64,000 bases of DNA. Origin: Abditibacterium sp. GTDB lineage: Bacteria; Armatimonadota; Abditibacteriia; Abditibacteriales; Abditibacteriaceae. The notes under the pieces were generated by a model. That model saw only the letters and a program-made list of their open reading frames with translations, was not told the origin of the DNA and ran no database searches. Of this stretch, positions 53,720 to 63,744 are shown one piece after another. The stretch is taken from assembly GCA_965246885.1 (NCBI GenBank), contig OZ251992.1, forward strand, positions 384,001-448,000. The letters run 5' to 3'. Each line of letters opens with the position of its first letter. Position 1 is the first letter of the stretch. The translations under genes and the position numbers were made by a program.

Positions 53720-56700
53720 ATGTTCTGCCCCCTGTGCGAGTCGGAGAACCCTGCCGCTTCCAAGCGGTGCCGCGCGTGCGGCGCCTCCTTGGGCGCACGG
53801 GAAGCGTCCGGGCCAAACGAGGCGCCCGATGCGCTTGCGGTCGGCTCCGTTTTGGGGCGGCTGTATTTGGTCGAGGGCATCTTGGGGCAGGGCGGGTTCG
53901 GCATTACTTACCGTTGCCGCGACCAGATGTTGGAGCGGCCCGTCGCGGTCAAGGAGTTTTTCCCGATGGGCAGTCGGCGCGCGGGCGTAGCTGTCGAGCC
54001 GGGGCGCACCTCGTCCGACCAGTTCCGCGAAGCGCGCGCCCAGTTCCTGAGCGAAGCCAAGCTGCTCGCGCGCTGCCACCATCCCGGCGTGGTGATGGTG
54101 CACACCGCTTTCGAGGAGAACGGCACGGCGTACATGGTCATGGAGCTTTTGCACGGCCAGAACCTGATGCAGCTTATGGACGCCCGTGCGGGCGCGACGC
54201 CCGAAGCCGACGCCCTTGCGCCCATCGAGCGCGTCGGGCAGGCGCTGGAATACGTGCACTCCCAAGGGCTTCTGCACCGCGACATCAAGCCGGAAAACAT
54301 CATCGCTTGCGACGACGGGCGCGTAATGCTCATTGACTTCGGCACGGCGCGTGAATACGCGCAAGGGCAGTCGCAAGGCCACACCGTCGCCGTCACACCG
54401 GGTTTTGCGCCGCTCGAACAATACGCCAAGCAAGCCAAGCGCGGCGCCTTCACCGACGTTTACGGCTTGGCCGCGACGCTGTATTACTTGCTGACGGGCG
54501 CCCCGCCGCCCGCCGCGAGTGACCGCGCGATGGGCGTGGTCGTGCGCCCCCTGCGCGAGCAGAACCCACGCGTGAGCGCCCCCGTCGCGCACGCGGTCGA
54601 AGCCGGATTGCAAATGGAAATCGCCCGCCGCCCGCAAAGCGTGCGCGCTTTTCTGGAACTGCTGCACGCCCCCGCAAGCGAAGCGCCCACCCTCCTGCCG
54701 CCGACGCCCTTCCCACCCGCGCTTTCCCAAGCCGAAACAGAAGCAAACCTGCAAGCACAAATCGCGGGATTCGTGTCGCTTTTGCCCGCTCCCAATCCGA
54801 CAATCCCCCTCGCGCCCACCCCATTCGCGCCCGTCGCGCTCGCGCCACTCGCCCCAGCCCCAGATAAACCCTCGCTCCCGCGCCCATCGTCCGCATCGTT
54901 GCCCTCGCCGTTCACCTCGTCGTCCTTGGCGCCCACCACGCCGTATCTGCCGCCCTCGACGCCGCTCAATCAGGGCGGCGGCATCGGGGTGAATGACACG
55001 ACACCCAGCAACATACTCCGTTGGGTTGTCGGCGTCCCTATCCTCATCACTTCCATGTTGATGGCGCTTCAATGCGCCACCAGTCCCCCTACTCCGCCCA
55101 GTTCCATCACTTGGACATCCCCCGGCAACCCGCCTAACTTCTCGCCGCCTAATTACTCCTCGCCGCCAACCAACTACTCGCCCAACTTCAGCACCCCCGC
55201 GCCCGCCGGAATCACGGAACCCCTTCCCGGCATCGCCCCGTTGTCGGTGCAAAAATTGCCGGTGAGTCTGGGTGCTAAATTGGGGGACTCCGCACCCTTT
55301 TTCCCCAATTGGGCCACCTTCTCGCCGGACGGCAAGTGGGTGGCCTACTGCGATGCCGCGAACGTGGTACGCGTGTGGAGCCAAAGCGCGCGTCGTGTGG
55401 TGCGAACGTTGCCGCAACCCAAGGAACACCCCATTCGTGAGATGAGTTTTGCCCCTTCCGGTAAGCTACTGGCCACATTTTACCGAGGAGAACCAGATTA
55501 CGGATGTAACCGCGTCAGCGTGTGGAATGTCCAATCGGGGAAAGTTCTGGGAACACTCGATGTCGGTTCAGAGGGAGAACGGTTCGATATAGGCGCGGTG
55601 CGCTCCGATGGGCAGGTCTTACTCTATCATGGCACAAGCTGGAGTAACAGCGCGACCCGCCCCACTTCATGGTTTTGGTGGAATCCGCGCACGGGCAGCA
55701 AAACTCCATCGGCTCTTGGCCGTAGAGTAGTTGACAACGAAGTGGCTTTTTCGCCACAAACTGGGAAGTTGGTCACGGGCGACCGCGCTGGCCACATCTC
55801 TTGGTTCGATGCGCGCACTGGGGCGCTGACGGCGCAAAACAAAGCTCTTTTAACCGTGCGCCAGTTCCGCGCGTCATCCGCCTACCGCCAAGTGTTGGAG
55901 TCCTCTCTGGAGGGCAAACAGCTTGACGCTCCGCTTATGGTGGACACGCTGAAATTCTCCTCGAACGGCTCCTTTGTGGCCAGCCGGAACTTGGGGGAGA
56001 TTTGCGTTTTCGACCACAACGGCCAGTCGGTGGGAACGATAACCGCGCCCTTCTCTTCCACCTTCGCCGTCTCGCCTGATGGTCTTTTAGTTGTGGACTC
56101 TCCCTTCTCGTATGCGTCCGAACAGGGCATCCAACTTCTTGCGCTTGGTCAGGGGCAGGGGGCGCGTCTGCTTGTTCGCAAACCAATGAAGGGATATGGG
56201 GGCGCCGTCACTTTCTCGCCCGATGGCAAGCGCGCGCAGGCTGTCGTGCAGACCGCCGAAGGCATCGCGCTGTACACATGGCCCGTGAAGGAGCATAAAC
56301 CAAGCGTCCCGCGCGTCGCCGGGGTATCCGCCCCGTTTAGCTTCGCGCCTTACGCGCTTACCGGAACGAGGGGATTTAGCTCTTCTCCGGGAGCGGCGCA
56401 CGCCGTATCCGATAAGTTTGTTGCCTCAGTGAGTAATGGGGCCGCCTACATCAATGACGTGGGTGGTTCATCGATCAAAACGATGGGGGTAAACGTCGGG
56501 GGAGCCGTCCAACAGGGCGACTTGGCCGCGTCGCCCGATGGCGGGCTACTGGGTGTGCGCGGCCCGACCGGACAAACGCAGGTGTTGAAAGTGGACGGGG
56601 GGGCGCCGCTTTCCTTCAGGGCGTCGCCGCCTTCTCCTGCCAACGGGAATCCCCAAGGCCAAAACAAGAGCCTCGTCTTTTCGCCCGACCACCGCTTAGT

Positions 56701-57364
56701 GGCGCTTGTGGGAGCAAACAGTGGCAGCGAGGTCGTGGAGTTGTGGGCTTTGCAGGGGGTACCCCGGCGTCTGGCGTCCATCAGTCACACCGCGCCCGCG
56801 ACTGCCCTCGCGTTTTCGCCCAATGGCCGCGCCTTGCTCATCGGATACAAGGGCGGCGCCGTGCAGTGGTTTGATGTGTGGACGCGAAGGGTGGCGGCGG
56901 AGACCGCGATTGACTCGGCGTCCACTGCGGTCGCGGCCATTGCTACTTCGGGCAAGGGTTGGTTGGTCGCTAAAAAGAACGGCGGCACTTTGAGCGTCGT
57001 TCGCTACGGCGGCGCGGATACGGCGGACAGCGCTACAGCAAGCGCGGCGCTGTCGTCGCCCAACGTGCTGTTTTCGGTAGAAGCTACCACCGACATCGCC
57101 GCCTTCTCGCCGGATGGCAACGTATTGGCGGCGCCGTTCGTGGGTGCCAATAGCCAAAGCATCAACTTTTGGAACGCGGCGGCGGGGTCGTTCTTGCAAA
57201 AGTTGTTAGTCAGCCAACTACCAGACGATAATCCACTGCGCTTCCAATCCCTCTCCTTCTCGCCCGACGGCAAGCGCCTCTCCTGCTTGCGATTCAACCC
57301 ACAGAACTCTGTTGCCGAAGTTGGGACGTGGCAGCAACCCGCCGCGCCAAGGTCGGGGAGTTAG
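53720..57364 (+). CDS. Hanks-type Ser/Thr protein kinase with N-terminal zinc ribbon, TM helix and C-terminal WD40 repeats
   Basis: CPLC...CRAC; LGQGGFGITY, VAVKE, HRDIKPEN, DFG, APLEQ; Pro-rich linker, TM, and many FSPDG blades. Confidence 0.92.
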   Translation: MFCPLCESENPAASKRCRACGASLGAREASGPNEAPDALAVGSVLGRLYLVEGILGQGGFGITYRCRDQMLERPVAVKEFFPMGSRRAGVAVEPGRTSSDQFREARAQFLSEAKLLARCHHPGVVMVHTAFEENGTAYMVMELLHGQNLMQLMDARAGATPEADALAPIERVGQALEYVHSQGLLHRDIKPENIIACDDGRVMLIDFGTAREYAQGQSQGHTVAVTPGFAPLEQYAKQAKRGAFTDVYGLAATLYYLLTGAPPPAASDRAMGVVVRPLREQNPRVSAPVAHAVEAGLQMEIARRPQSVRAFLELLHAPASEAPTLLPPTPFPPALSQAETEANLQAQIAGFVSLLPAPNPTIPLAPTPFAPVALAPLAPAPDKPSLPRPSSASLPSPFTSSSLAPTTPYLPPSTPLNQGGGIGVNDTTPSNILRWVVGVPILITSMLMALQCATSPPTPPSSITWTSPGNPPNFSPPNYSSPPTNYSPNFSTPAPAGITEPLPGIAPLSVQKLPVSLGAKLGDSAPFFPNWATFSPDGKWVAYCDAANVVRVWSQSARRVVRTLPQPKEHPIREMSFAPSGKLLATFYRGEPDYGCNRVSVWNVQSGKVLGTLDVGSEGERFDIGAVRSDGQVLLYHGTSWSNSATRPTSWFWWNPRTGSKTPSALGRRVVDNEVAFSPQTGKLVTGDRAGHISWFDARTGALTAQNKALLTVRQFRASSAYRQVLESSLEGKQLDAPLMVDTLKFSSNGSFVASRNLGEICVFDHNGQSVGTITAPFSSTFAVSPDGLLVVDSPFSYASEQGIQLLALGQGQGARLLVRKPMKGYGGAVTFSPDGKRAQAVVQTAEGIALYTWPVKEHKPSVPRVAGVSAPFSFAPYALTGTRGFSSSPGAAHAVSDKFVASVSNGAAYINDVGGSSIKTMGVNVGGAVQQGDLAASPDGGLLGVRGPTGQTQVLKVDGGAPLSFRASPPSPANGNPQGQNKSLVFSPDHRLVALVGANSGSEVVELWALQGVPRRLASISHTAPATALAFSPNGRALLIGYKGGAVQWFDVWTRRVAAETAIDSASTAVAAIATSGKGWLVAKKNGGTLSVVRYGGADTADSATASAALSSPNVLFSVEATTDIAAFSPDGNVLAAPFVGANSQSINFWNAAAGSFLQKLLVSQLPDDNPLRFQSLSFSPDGKRLSCLRFNPQNSVAEVGTWQQPAAPRSGS

Positions 57365-57367
57365 CCT

Positions 57368-58477
57368 ATGCGCTGCCATATTTGCAGTGCGCCTGCGCCC
57401 GCCGAGGGCGTCGCTTGCCGCGCGTGCGGCGCGCGGTTGCGCGTGGCCACCTCCGCCGTCGTTGCGCCGCGCGCGCCGCTACCGACTTTGGCGCCGGTGC
57501 CGGTGGGCGGGGCGAGGGAGGAGGCGCGAGTTCTACTGGCGCATATTCGGCGGGCAGTCGGGGCGCCGCGCATCGTGGCGGGCGGGTTCATCGGGGGCGC
57601 GGCCGGCGCGGCCCTGCCGATGTTCGTCCTTGAGAATGGGGCGCTGCAAAGGTGGGACGTGGCGGGCGGACTTTCGGCCCCTTCTCCGGCGCCGCATTAC
57701 CGCAAGGGAAAGAATGGCCCGATCACCTGTGCAGCGTTCGCGCCGACGGAGGGTTTCTTTGCAACGGGGCACGAGTCGGGATTGATAACGTGGCACCGTC
57801 TCGCGGCGGGCAAGCGGGAGGTCGCATTGTGCCCCGCGCATCGGGGGCGGGTCTTGTCGCTTGGCTTTGCGGGGGCGCGTTTATGGAGCGCGGGGAGCGA
57901 TGGAAGCGTCGTTGCACTTGAACCAAGTGCAACGACGGTTGGGAGAGAGCAAATCGTCCTCGACGGACTCGCGTGGCTGGTGTGCATGACGGTTGCGCCC
58001 GATGGCGCGTGGCTGGCGCTTGGCGGCGACGGCGGGGAATTGGAAATGCGGCGCGTTTCACCCGATGGGGAAGCAAAACGGCGCGAATGGGCGGCGGAAC
58101 TGGGCGGCGCCCGGATGAAGTCGCTCGCCTTTTCAACAAACGGCAAGATGCTTTACGGGCGCGACGCGACGGGAACGGTGCGTTTGTGGGCCGCGCAAAC
58201 CGGCCACGAACTTCAGTCGTTCCCCTCAGACACAGACGCGGGCGGTGCGGCGCCTGCCCTCGCGCCCGACAACCGTTTGCTTGCCCTTGCCGGAGCGCAT
58301 CGGGAAGTGCGCCTCTTCGACGCATGGACGGGCGCCGCACCTCCGCCGCTTGCGCTTCCCTTTGAGGGCGCCCACTCCCTTGCGTTTGCCCCTTTATCAG
58401 AAGACGGAGGCCGCCACACGTTGCTGTTGGCTACCGGAGCGAATGTCGCCGCCATCTGGAAAATCGGACTACCATAA
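57368..58477 (+). CDS. Zinc-ribbon + WD40 repeat protein
   Basis: CHIC...CRAC N-terminus; AFAPTE, VAPDG, LAFSTNG..VRLW and LAPDN blades. Confidence 0.78.
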   Translation: MRCHICSAPAPAEGVACRACGARLRVATSAVVAPRAPLPTLAPVPVGGAREEARVLLAHIRRAVGAPRIVAGGFIGGAAGAALPMFVLENGALQRWDVAGGLSAPSPAPHYRKGKNGPITCAAFAPTEGFFATGHESGLITWHRLAAGKREVALCPAHRGRVLSLGFAGARLWSAGSDGSVVALEPSATTVGREQIVLDGLAWLVCMTVAPDGAWLALGGDGGELEMRRVSPDGEAKRREWAAELGGARMKSLAFSTNGKMLYGRDATGTVRLWAAQTGHELQSFPSDTDAGGAAPALAPDNRLLALAGAHREVRLFDAWTGAAPPPLALPFEGAHSLAFAPLSEDGGRHTLLLATGANVAAIWKIGLP

Positions 58478-58566
58478 CACGGCGGCGCCTAACTTTGGCG
58501 CTTAATCCGGCCTCTTGGCAAAAAGCGTGAATTAACGGGCCACAAATAGCGTTTCGTCGGGCGGAT

Positions 58567-60105
58567 GTGGCACACATCGCAGTCAAGGCGAACGCAAAGG
58601 TTCCCGACCCTATGGCTTTACTTCCCGGTGGCACCCGGCCCCGCTTCGGCGGCGCATCCGGCCCAATTCCTCCCCTTCCCAACGGCAACGGTGGCGGCTC
58701 GGCCCTTGCCGAGCGGCCCGCGCCCGCTCCGGCTTCCGCGCCCGAAGAGGAAAAGGTCGCCCCCAAAACCGAGGGCGGCGCGGTCGCGTCGTTCCTGCTG
58801 TCGGAAATGGAGATGCCGGTGGATGCCGACGACGCCGACTTCGACGACGAGATGCTGCGGCTTTCCCATAAAATCCACCTCGTTTTGGTGGACGAGTTGG
58901 GAGGGCAGCAGTTCAAGTCCGACGACCGCGAACGGCTCCGCCCCGTCGCGCAACAGGTGATGAACGACGTGCTCAAAGACGAGAAGCCGCTCATGCCCAA
59001 GCGCCGCGCCGTGCTTCTGGAGGAAGTGCTCAACGAAGTGCTGGGCTTCGGGCCGATGCAATACCTGCTCAACGACCCCTCCATCTCGGAAATCATGGTC
59101 AACAGCCCCGTTGACATCTTCATCGAGCGCAAGGGCAAAATCTGCCGCTCCCGGCGCAAGTTCGTGGACGACAACCACGTCATGAACATCGTTGACCGCA
59201 TCGTCCGGCCCCTTGGCAAAACCGCCAACGCGCGCACGCCGATGGTGGACGGACGCCTCCCGGACGGAAGCCGCGTCAACATCGTTATCCCACCGCTCGC
59301 GCTCAACGGGCCGAGCATGAGCATCCGCAAATTCTTCAAAAAGAAGCTCGACTCCGAAGCCCTCGTTACCTTCGGCTCCATGACCGAGGGGATGCGCCTG
59401 TTCTTGGAAGCCGCCGTCAAAGCGCGCATGAACATCATCATCGCGGGCGGCACCGGTTCGGGCAAAACCACCACGCTCAACATCACCTCGAACTTTATCC
59501 CGCAAGGCGAGCGCGTCGTCACCATCGAAGACGCCGCCGAATTGCAGGTGTATATCCCGAACATCGTGCGCCTCGAATCGCGCCCGAAGAACATCGAAGG
59601 CGAAGGCGAAGTCACCATCCGCGACCTCGTGAAGAACGCCCTTCGTATGCGTCCCGACCGCGTGATTGTGGGCGAATGTCGCGGCGGCGAAACGCTCGAC
59701 ATGCTGCAAGCGATGAACACCGGTCACGAAGGCTCTCTCTCCACCGTTCACTCCAATACGCCGCGCGACACCATCTCCCGCTTGGAAACGCTGTGCTTGA
59801 TGAGCGGCTTGGAACTTCCGATTCGCGTTATCTCCAAACAAATCTCCAGCGCCGTCAACCTCATCGTCCAGCAAGCGCGCTTGTCGGACGGGAGCCGCAA
59901 AATCACCCACATCACCGAAGTGCAGGGCATGGAAGGCGACACGCTTTTGCTGCAAGACATCTTTATCTTCGAGCAAAAGGGCCGCACGTCCGAAGGCAAA
60001 GTCATTGGCCGCCACCGCGCCACCGGCTTTCGCCCCAAGTGCATGCACGAAATCGAATCGCGCGGCTACTCCTTGCCGCGCAACCTGTTCCAACCCGAAG
60101 GATAA
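58567..60105 (+). CDS. cpaF: Flp/Tad pilus assembly ATPase CpaF/TadA
   Basis: LGFGPM..LL.DPSISEIMVN, DGRLPDGSRVN, GGTGSGKTT, TIEDAAEL, ALRMRPDRVIVGECRG, AMNTGHEGS. Start could be ATG 58612. Confidence 0.96.
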   Translation: MAHIAVKANAKVPDPMALLPGGTRPRFGGASGPIPPLPNGNGGGSALAERPAPAPASAPEEEKVAPKTEGGAVASFLLSEMEMPVDADDADFDDEMLRLSHKIHLVLVDELGGQQFKSDDRERLRPVAQQVMNDVLKDEKPLMPKRRAVLLEEVLNEVLGFGPMQYLLNDPSISEIMVNSPVDIFIERKGKICRSRRKFVDDNHVMNIVDRIVRPLGKTANARTPMVDGRLPDGSRVNIVIPPLALNGPSMSIRKFFKKKLDSEALVTFGSMTEGMRLFLEAAVKARMNIIIAGGTGSGKTTTLNITSNFIPQGERVVTIEDAAELQVYIPNIVRLESRPKNIEGEGEVTIRDLVKNALRMRPDRVIVGECRGGETLDMLQAMNTGHEGSLSTVHSNTPRDTISRLETLCLMSGLELPIRVISKQISSAVNLIVQQARLSDGSRKITHITEVQGMEGDTLLLQDIFIFEQKGRTSEGKVIGRHRATGFRPKCMHEIESRGYSLPRNLFQPEG

Positions 60106-60129
60106 GCGCGCCGCGCCCATTAAACAGCT

Positions 60130-61092
60130 ATGCAAACCATGCTCATTCTCCTTGTGGTCGTCAACATCATTGGGTTGGCGGCGACAAAAATGAAAAAGAA
60201 GTCTGCCGTTACCACTGATGGCGTCTCGGTCGCCTCGGTGCAGGACACCATCACCCGCTCCAAGAACGAGCGGTTCGCGCTCATCGCCCGCTTCATGAAG
60301 GGGCGCAAAGACGCCGGTCTCATTGAGCGCAACCTCACCACTGCCGGGTTGCTCATCAAGCCGTCGGAGTTCTTCTTCATCAACTTGCTGGTGCTGGCGT
60401 TCATGGTGCTGATGGCCATCGCATACTTGTCGCTCAAGTGGCCCAACGATGGCGCCTTCTTTACCCTTGTCAAGCGGATGTGTTTTCTGGGCACGATGGC
60501 GCTCATTGGGTGGAAAGGGCCGCAAGGCTTTTTGCAGTTCAAAGCGAACGGGCGCCGCGCGAAGTTGGAATATCAACTCGCCGACGCGCTCACCATCATC
60601 TCGTCGGGACTTAAGGGAGGCTACTCCTTTGCTCAGGGCCTCGACATGGCGGGCACGCAGATGGAGGAACCGATTAAGTCGGAAATCGAGCGCGTCATGC
60701 GCCTCATTCAACTGGGTCTGGACACGCCCAAAGCGCTCACGCAAATGTCCGAGCGCGTCAACTCCTACGACTACGACATGACCGTGAGCGCCACCAACAT
60801 CCAGTTGGCCGTCGGCGGCAACTTGTCCGCGCTGTTGGAAGGCATCTCGGCCACCATCCGCGACCGCATCCGTTTGCGCCGCGACGTGGCGGCCCTCACC
60901 GCTCAGGGGCGCATTTCCGGCGGCATCCTCTTCGTGTTGCCCCTTGGCATTGCCTTCTTTTTGTGCGGCATCAACTGGGATTACATGTCCTCCCTCTTCA
61001 CCGAAAAGGGTATGTACTTCGTCTATGGCGCCATGACCATGCAGGGCTTGGGCTTTCTGTGGATGAAGAAACTTCTGGACTTCGATAATTAA
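60130..61092 (+). CDS. tadB: Tad pilus inner-membrane platform protein TadB
   Basis: QLADAL..ISSGLKGGYS, VGGNL..LL..IS.TIRDR..LRR.V.ALTAQGRISG. Confidence 0.9.
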   Translation: MQTMLILLVVVNIIGLAATKMKKKSAVTTDGVSVASVQDTITRSKNERFALIARFMKGRKDAGLIERNLTTAGLLIKPSEFFFINLLVLAFMVLMAIAYLSLKWPNDGAFFTLVKRMCFLGTMALIGWKGPQGFLQFKANGRRAKLEYQLADALTIISSGLKGGYSFAQGLDMAGTQMEEPIKSEIERVMRLIQLGLDTPKALTQMSERVNSYDYDMTVSATNIQLAVGGNLSALLEGISATIRDRIRLRRDVAALTAQGRISGGILFVLPLGIAFFLCGINWDYMSSLFTEKGMYFVYGAMTMQGLGFLWMKKLLDFDN

Positions 61093-61110
61093 CCTCCGTC
61101 AACCACCACC

Positions 61111-62109
61111 ATGCAACACATCATGACCCCGTTTATGATCCTGATCTGGCTCGGCTTTCTGGCCTGCTTGGGATTGGTTTTGTCGGCGCAGTTCACGCGC
61201 GCGGGCTTCCAAAAGCGCCTCCAGCAAACGCTCACTCCCGACGAGGACGAAGTGGACGACCTTTTGTCCGAGCAAAACAAAGCCGAAATGGAGAAGTCCT
61301 TCGTCGCGCGCCTCATGACGCCGGTCGTGAAGAAGTTCGGCGCGCTGTTTCGCGGCTCGGCGCGCGCTTCGGCGGGCGCGCAGGTGCGCGACATGCTCGA
61401 ACAAGCGGGGCACCCGATGGGCATGCACTACCCCGAATTTCTGGGCCTCAAACTGTTCTGCCTGATCTTCTTTACCGGATTCGCGATGATTTCGGGCGTG
61501 TTCATCGTCCCCTTGATGCTCGGCTTGTATGGCATGGGCGGCGACCCCACCACCACCATCATCATGGAAGGCTTATACGTGTTGATTGGCGCCTACATGG
61601 GCTTTTCGGGGCCGACGTTTTGGCTGCGCAAAGCCGTCAACAAGCGCCTCAAGCAAATCCGCAAGTCAATGGCGGACGTGGTAGACCTTATCGTTCTCGC
61701 CATCGAAGCGGGTCTGGGCTTCGACCAAGCGGTCGGCCAAGCGGTGCAAAAAACGACCGGCCCGCTATCGGAAGAGTTGGCGCGCGTTTTGGACGAAATC
61801 CGCGTCGGCAAGCAGCAGGGCGAAGCGTTCCGCGACATGGCCAAGCGCGTTCGGATGTCCGAACTCACGCTTCTGGTCGCCGCCATCGACCAAGCGACGC
61901 GCATGGGCACCGGTCTGTCGCACGCGCTCCGGTTGCAAGCGACCGAAATCCGCGAGCGCCGCATGAGCTACATCAAAGAGCAAGCCGGAAAACTGCCCGT
62001 CAAAATGATGATGCCGCTTGTATTTTGCATCTTCCCCGCGCTGTTCGTGGTCATCCTCGGCCCCGCCGCCGTGAAGATGATGGAAATGTCGGCGCGCGGC
62101 GAAATTTAA
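61111..62109 (+). CDS. tadC: Tad pilus inner-membrane platform protein TadC
   Basis: VDLIVLAIEAGLGFDQA, GPLSEEL, GTGLSHALR.QA...R.RR, AGKLPVKMMMPLVFCIFPALFVVILGP. Confidence 0.92.
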   Translation: MQHIMTPFMILIWLGFLACLGLVLSAQFTRAGFQKRLQQTLTPDEDEVDDLLSEQNKAEMEKSFVARLMTPVVKKFGALFRGSARASAGAQVRDMLEQAGHPMGMHYPEFLGLKLFCLIFFTGFAMISGVFIVPLMLGLYGMGGDPTTTIIMEGLYVLIGAYMGFSGPTFWLRKAVNKRLKQIRKSMADVVDLIVLAIEAGLGFDQAVGQAVQKTTGPLSEELARVLDEIRVGKQQGEAFRDMAKRVRMSELTLLVAAIDQATRMGTGLSHALRLQATEIRERRMSYIKEQAGKLPVKMMMPLVFCIFPALFVVILGPAAVKMMEMSARGEI

Positions 62110-62111
62110 GC

Positions 62112-62250
62112 TCTGAATTATGCGGGCGACGCGCTGACAGACCTCTGTCGTCGCGTCGCCCATGCGTGCCGATGGAAGAATTAGCCGCGCCACCCAAAGA
62201 ATTAAGCGCGCCGATGGAAGAATTAAGCGCGCCAGCGCGTCGCCCATGTC
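62112..62250. repeat. Degenerate 21-nt periodic intergenic tract (family member 4 of 4)
   Basis: GAATTA at 62115, 62178, 62199 and 62220 (spacing 63, 21, 21); AAGAATTAAGCGCGCC is shared with 32059. Confidence 0.8.
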
Positions 62251-62329
62251 TGTCGTAGCGGCGCCGATGACGGTGGAAGGGTGACGGAGGGCGGCGGCGG
62301 TGCGGCGCGGGTTCGTTAACCTTTCCCGT

Positions 62330-63229
62330 ATGGCAACCGCTCCGCACGCGCCGTTTGGCCCCCTGCTCACCGCGATGGTGACGCCGTTTCACGCCGATTT
62401 TTCCTTGGATTACGAGAAGGCCGAGCAAGTCGCGGCCCATCTGCTCGCTAATGGCTCGTCGGGCCTCATCGTTTCAGGCACGACCGGCGAAAGCCCGACG
62501 CTTTCTCCCGAAGAAAAGCTGGAACTGTTCCGCCGCGTGAAGCGCGTGGCCGGACACGCGCCTGTCGTCGCCAACACCGGAGACAACGAGACCGCCTTTT
62601 CGGTCGAGTTCTCCAAGCAAGCGCAGGAAACCGGCGTGGACGCGCTGCTGCTTGTCGTGCCGTATTACAACAAGCCCTCGCAAGAAGGGCTGTTTCGGCA
62701 CTACGAGGCGATAGCGAACGCGGTTAATTTGCCGTGCGTGTTGTACAACGTGCCGGGCCGCACGGCGCGTAATATGGCGCCCGCGACGCAGGCCCGCCTC
62801 AGCCGCATCCCGAACATCGTCGCCACCAAAGAAGCGAGCGGCGACATGATCCAGACCGCCCACATCCGCGCCCTGAGTGACCCCGACTTTGCCATTTATT
62901 CCGGCGACGACGCCGCGACGCTTCCCATGCTGCCCTTGGGTTGCTGCGGCTGCATCTCGGTGCTGTCGCACATCGCTGGGAAGCCGTTCCTCCAGATGAT
63001 GGAGTCGTTCTGGGCGGGCGATTATGACACCGCGCGCCAATTGCACTTGCGCCTCCTCCCAGTTATCGAGGCCATCTTCCCCGCGAACGCGCCCAACCCC
63101 GCCCCCATCAAGGCCGCCCTCAAACTACAGGGCCTCGACACCGGCCCCCTTAGATTGCCCCTGTTAGAGTGCGACGCCGGGGAAGTCGCGGAGTTAAAGC
63201 AGGTGTTGCAAACGGCGGAACTGCTTTAA
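62330..63229 (+). CDS. dapA: 4-hydroxy-tetrahydrodipicolinate synthase
   Basis: TAMVTPF, GTTGESPTL, PYYNKPSQEG, LYNVPGRT, KEASG, YSGDD. Confidence 0.96.
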   Translation: MATAPHAPFGPLLTAMVTPFHADFSLDYEKAEQVAAHLLANGSSGLIVSGTTGESPTLSPEEKLELFRRVKRVAGHAPVVANTGDNETAFSVEFSKQAQETGVDALLLVVPYYNKPSQEGLFRHYEAIANAVNLPCVLYNVPGRTARNMAPATQARLSRIPNIVATKEASGDMIQTAHIRALSDPDFAIYSGDDAATLPMLPLGCCGCISVLSHIAGKPFLQMMESFWAGDYDTARQLHLRLLPVIEAIFPANAPNPAPIKAALKLQGLDTGPLRLPLLECDAGEVAELKQVLQTAELL

Positions 63230-63283
63230 CCCACAGAGGCGCTACTTCCAGCGCCCTCGCGGGCAACCGGAGAAGCCGCGCTC

Positions 63284-63400
63284 TGTCATTCCGAGGGGAG
63301 CCTTGGCGACGGGAGGAATCTACTTTCGCCCTCTGCTCGGTGGCAAACAGGCCGCGGGGATTAGATTCCTCCCGTCGCCAAGGCTCCCCTCGGAATGACA
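63284..63400. mobile_element. REP/MITE-like palindromic element (family D)
   Basis: Perfect 39-bp inverted repeat TGTCATTCCGAGGGGAGCCTTGGCGACGGGAGGAATCTA (63284-63322 and 63362-63400). Confidence 0.88.
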
Positions 63401-63432
63401 AATTGCGACTCTGTAAGGTATCTTTTACTGAG

Positions 63433-63732
63433 ATGAACCGCCACCGCGCTTTCACGGGCGAATGGATGCCCCGCTTCTTTGTATGCGTTGTGGATATTAC
63501 CTTTTGGGGTGTTGTCTTGGCGCGCGTGTCGGGTTTGTCTGAGCCAATCTCTTTTGGTTTGTTGACGCTCTTGGCGATTGCCCTCTCGTTTTTGTGCGCG
63601 GCTGTTTGCGAGCGCGACGCGCAAAAGGCGGCGATTTTGTCGGATTGGTTTCTCTATTTCCCTGTCGTCGTCGCGTTGGGTTTGGTTGGTTGGGCCGCTT
63701 GGTTCGTGTTGTGGCCCAAACTCTCCAAGTAG
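63433..63732 (+). CDS. Small three-TM membrane protein (MNRHRA leader)
   Basis: 99 aa with three hydrophobic segments; T-rich coding strand. Confidence 0.65.
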   Translation: MNRHRAFTGEWMPRFFVCVVDITFWGVVLARVSGLSEPISFGLLTLLAIALSFLCAAVCERDAQKAAILSDWFLYFPVVVALGLVGWAAWFVLWPKLSK

Positions 63733-63744
63733 CCTAACAATTTG

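Noticed and set aside
58618..60744. Long minus-strand ORFs over cpaF/tadB (likewise 30562-32412 and 53579-55429)
   Set aside because: Shadow ORFs typical of GC-rich DNA, lying opposite well-supported genes.
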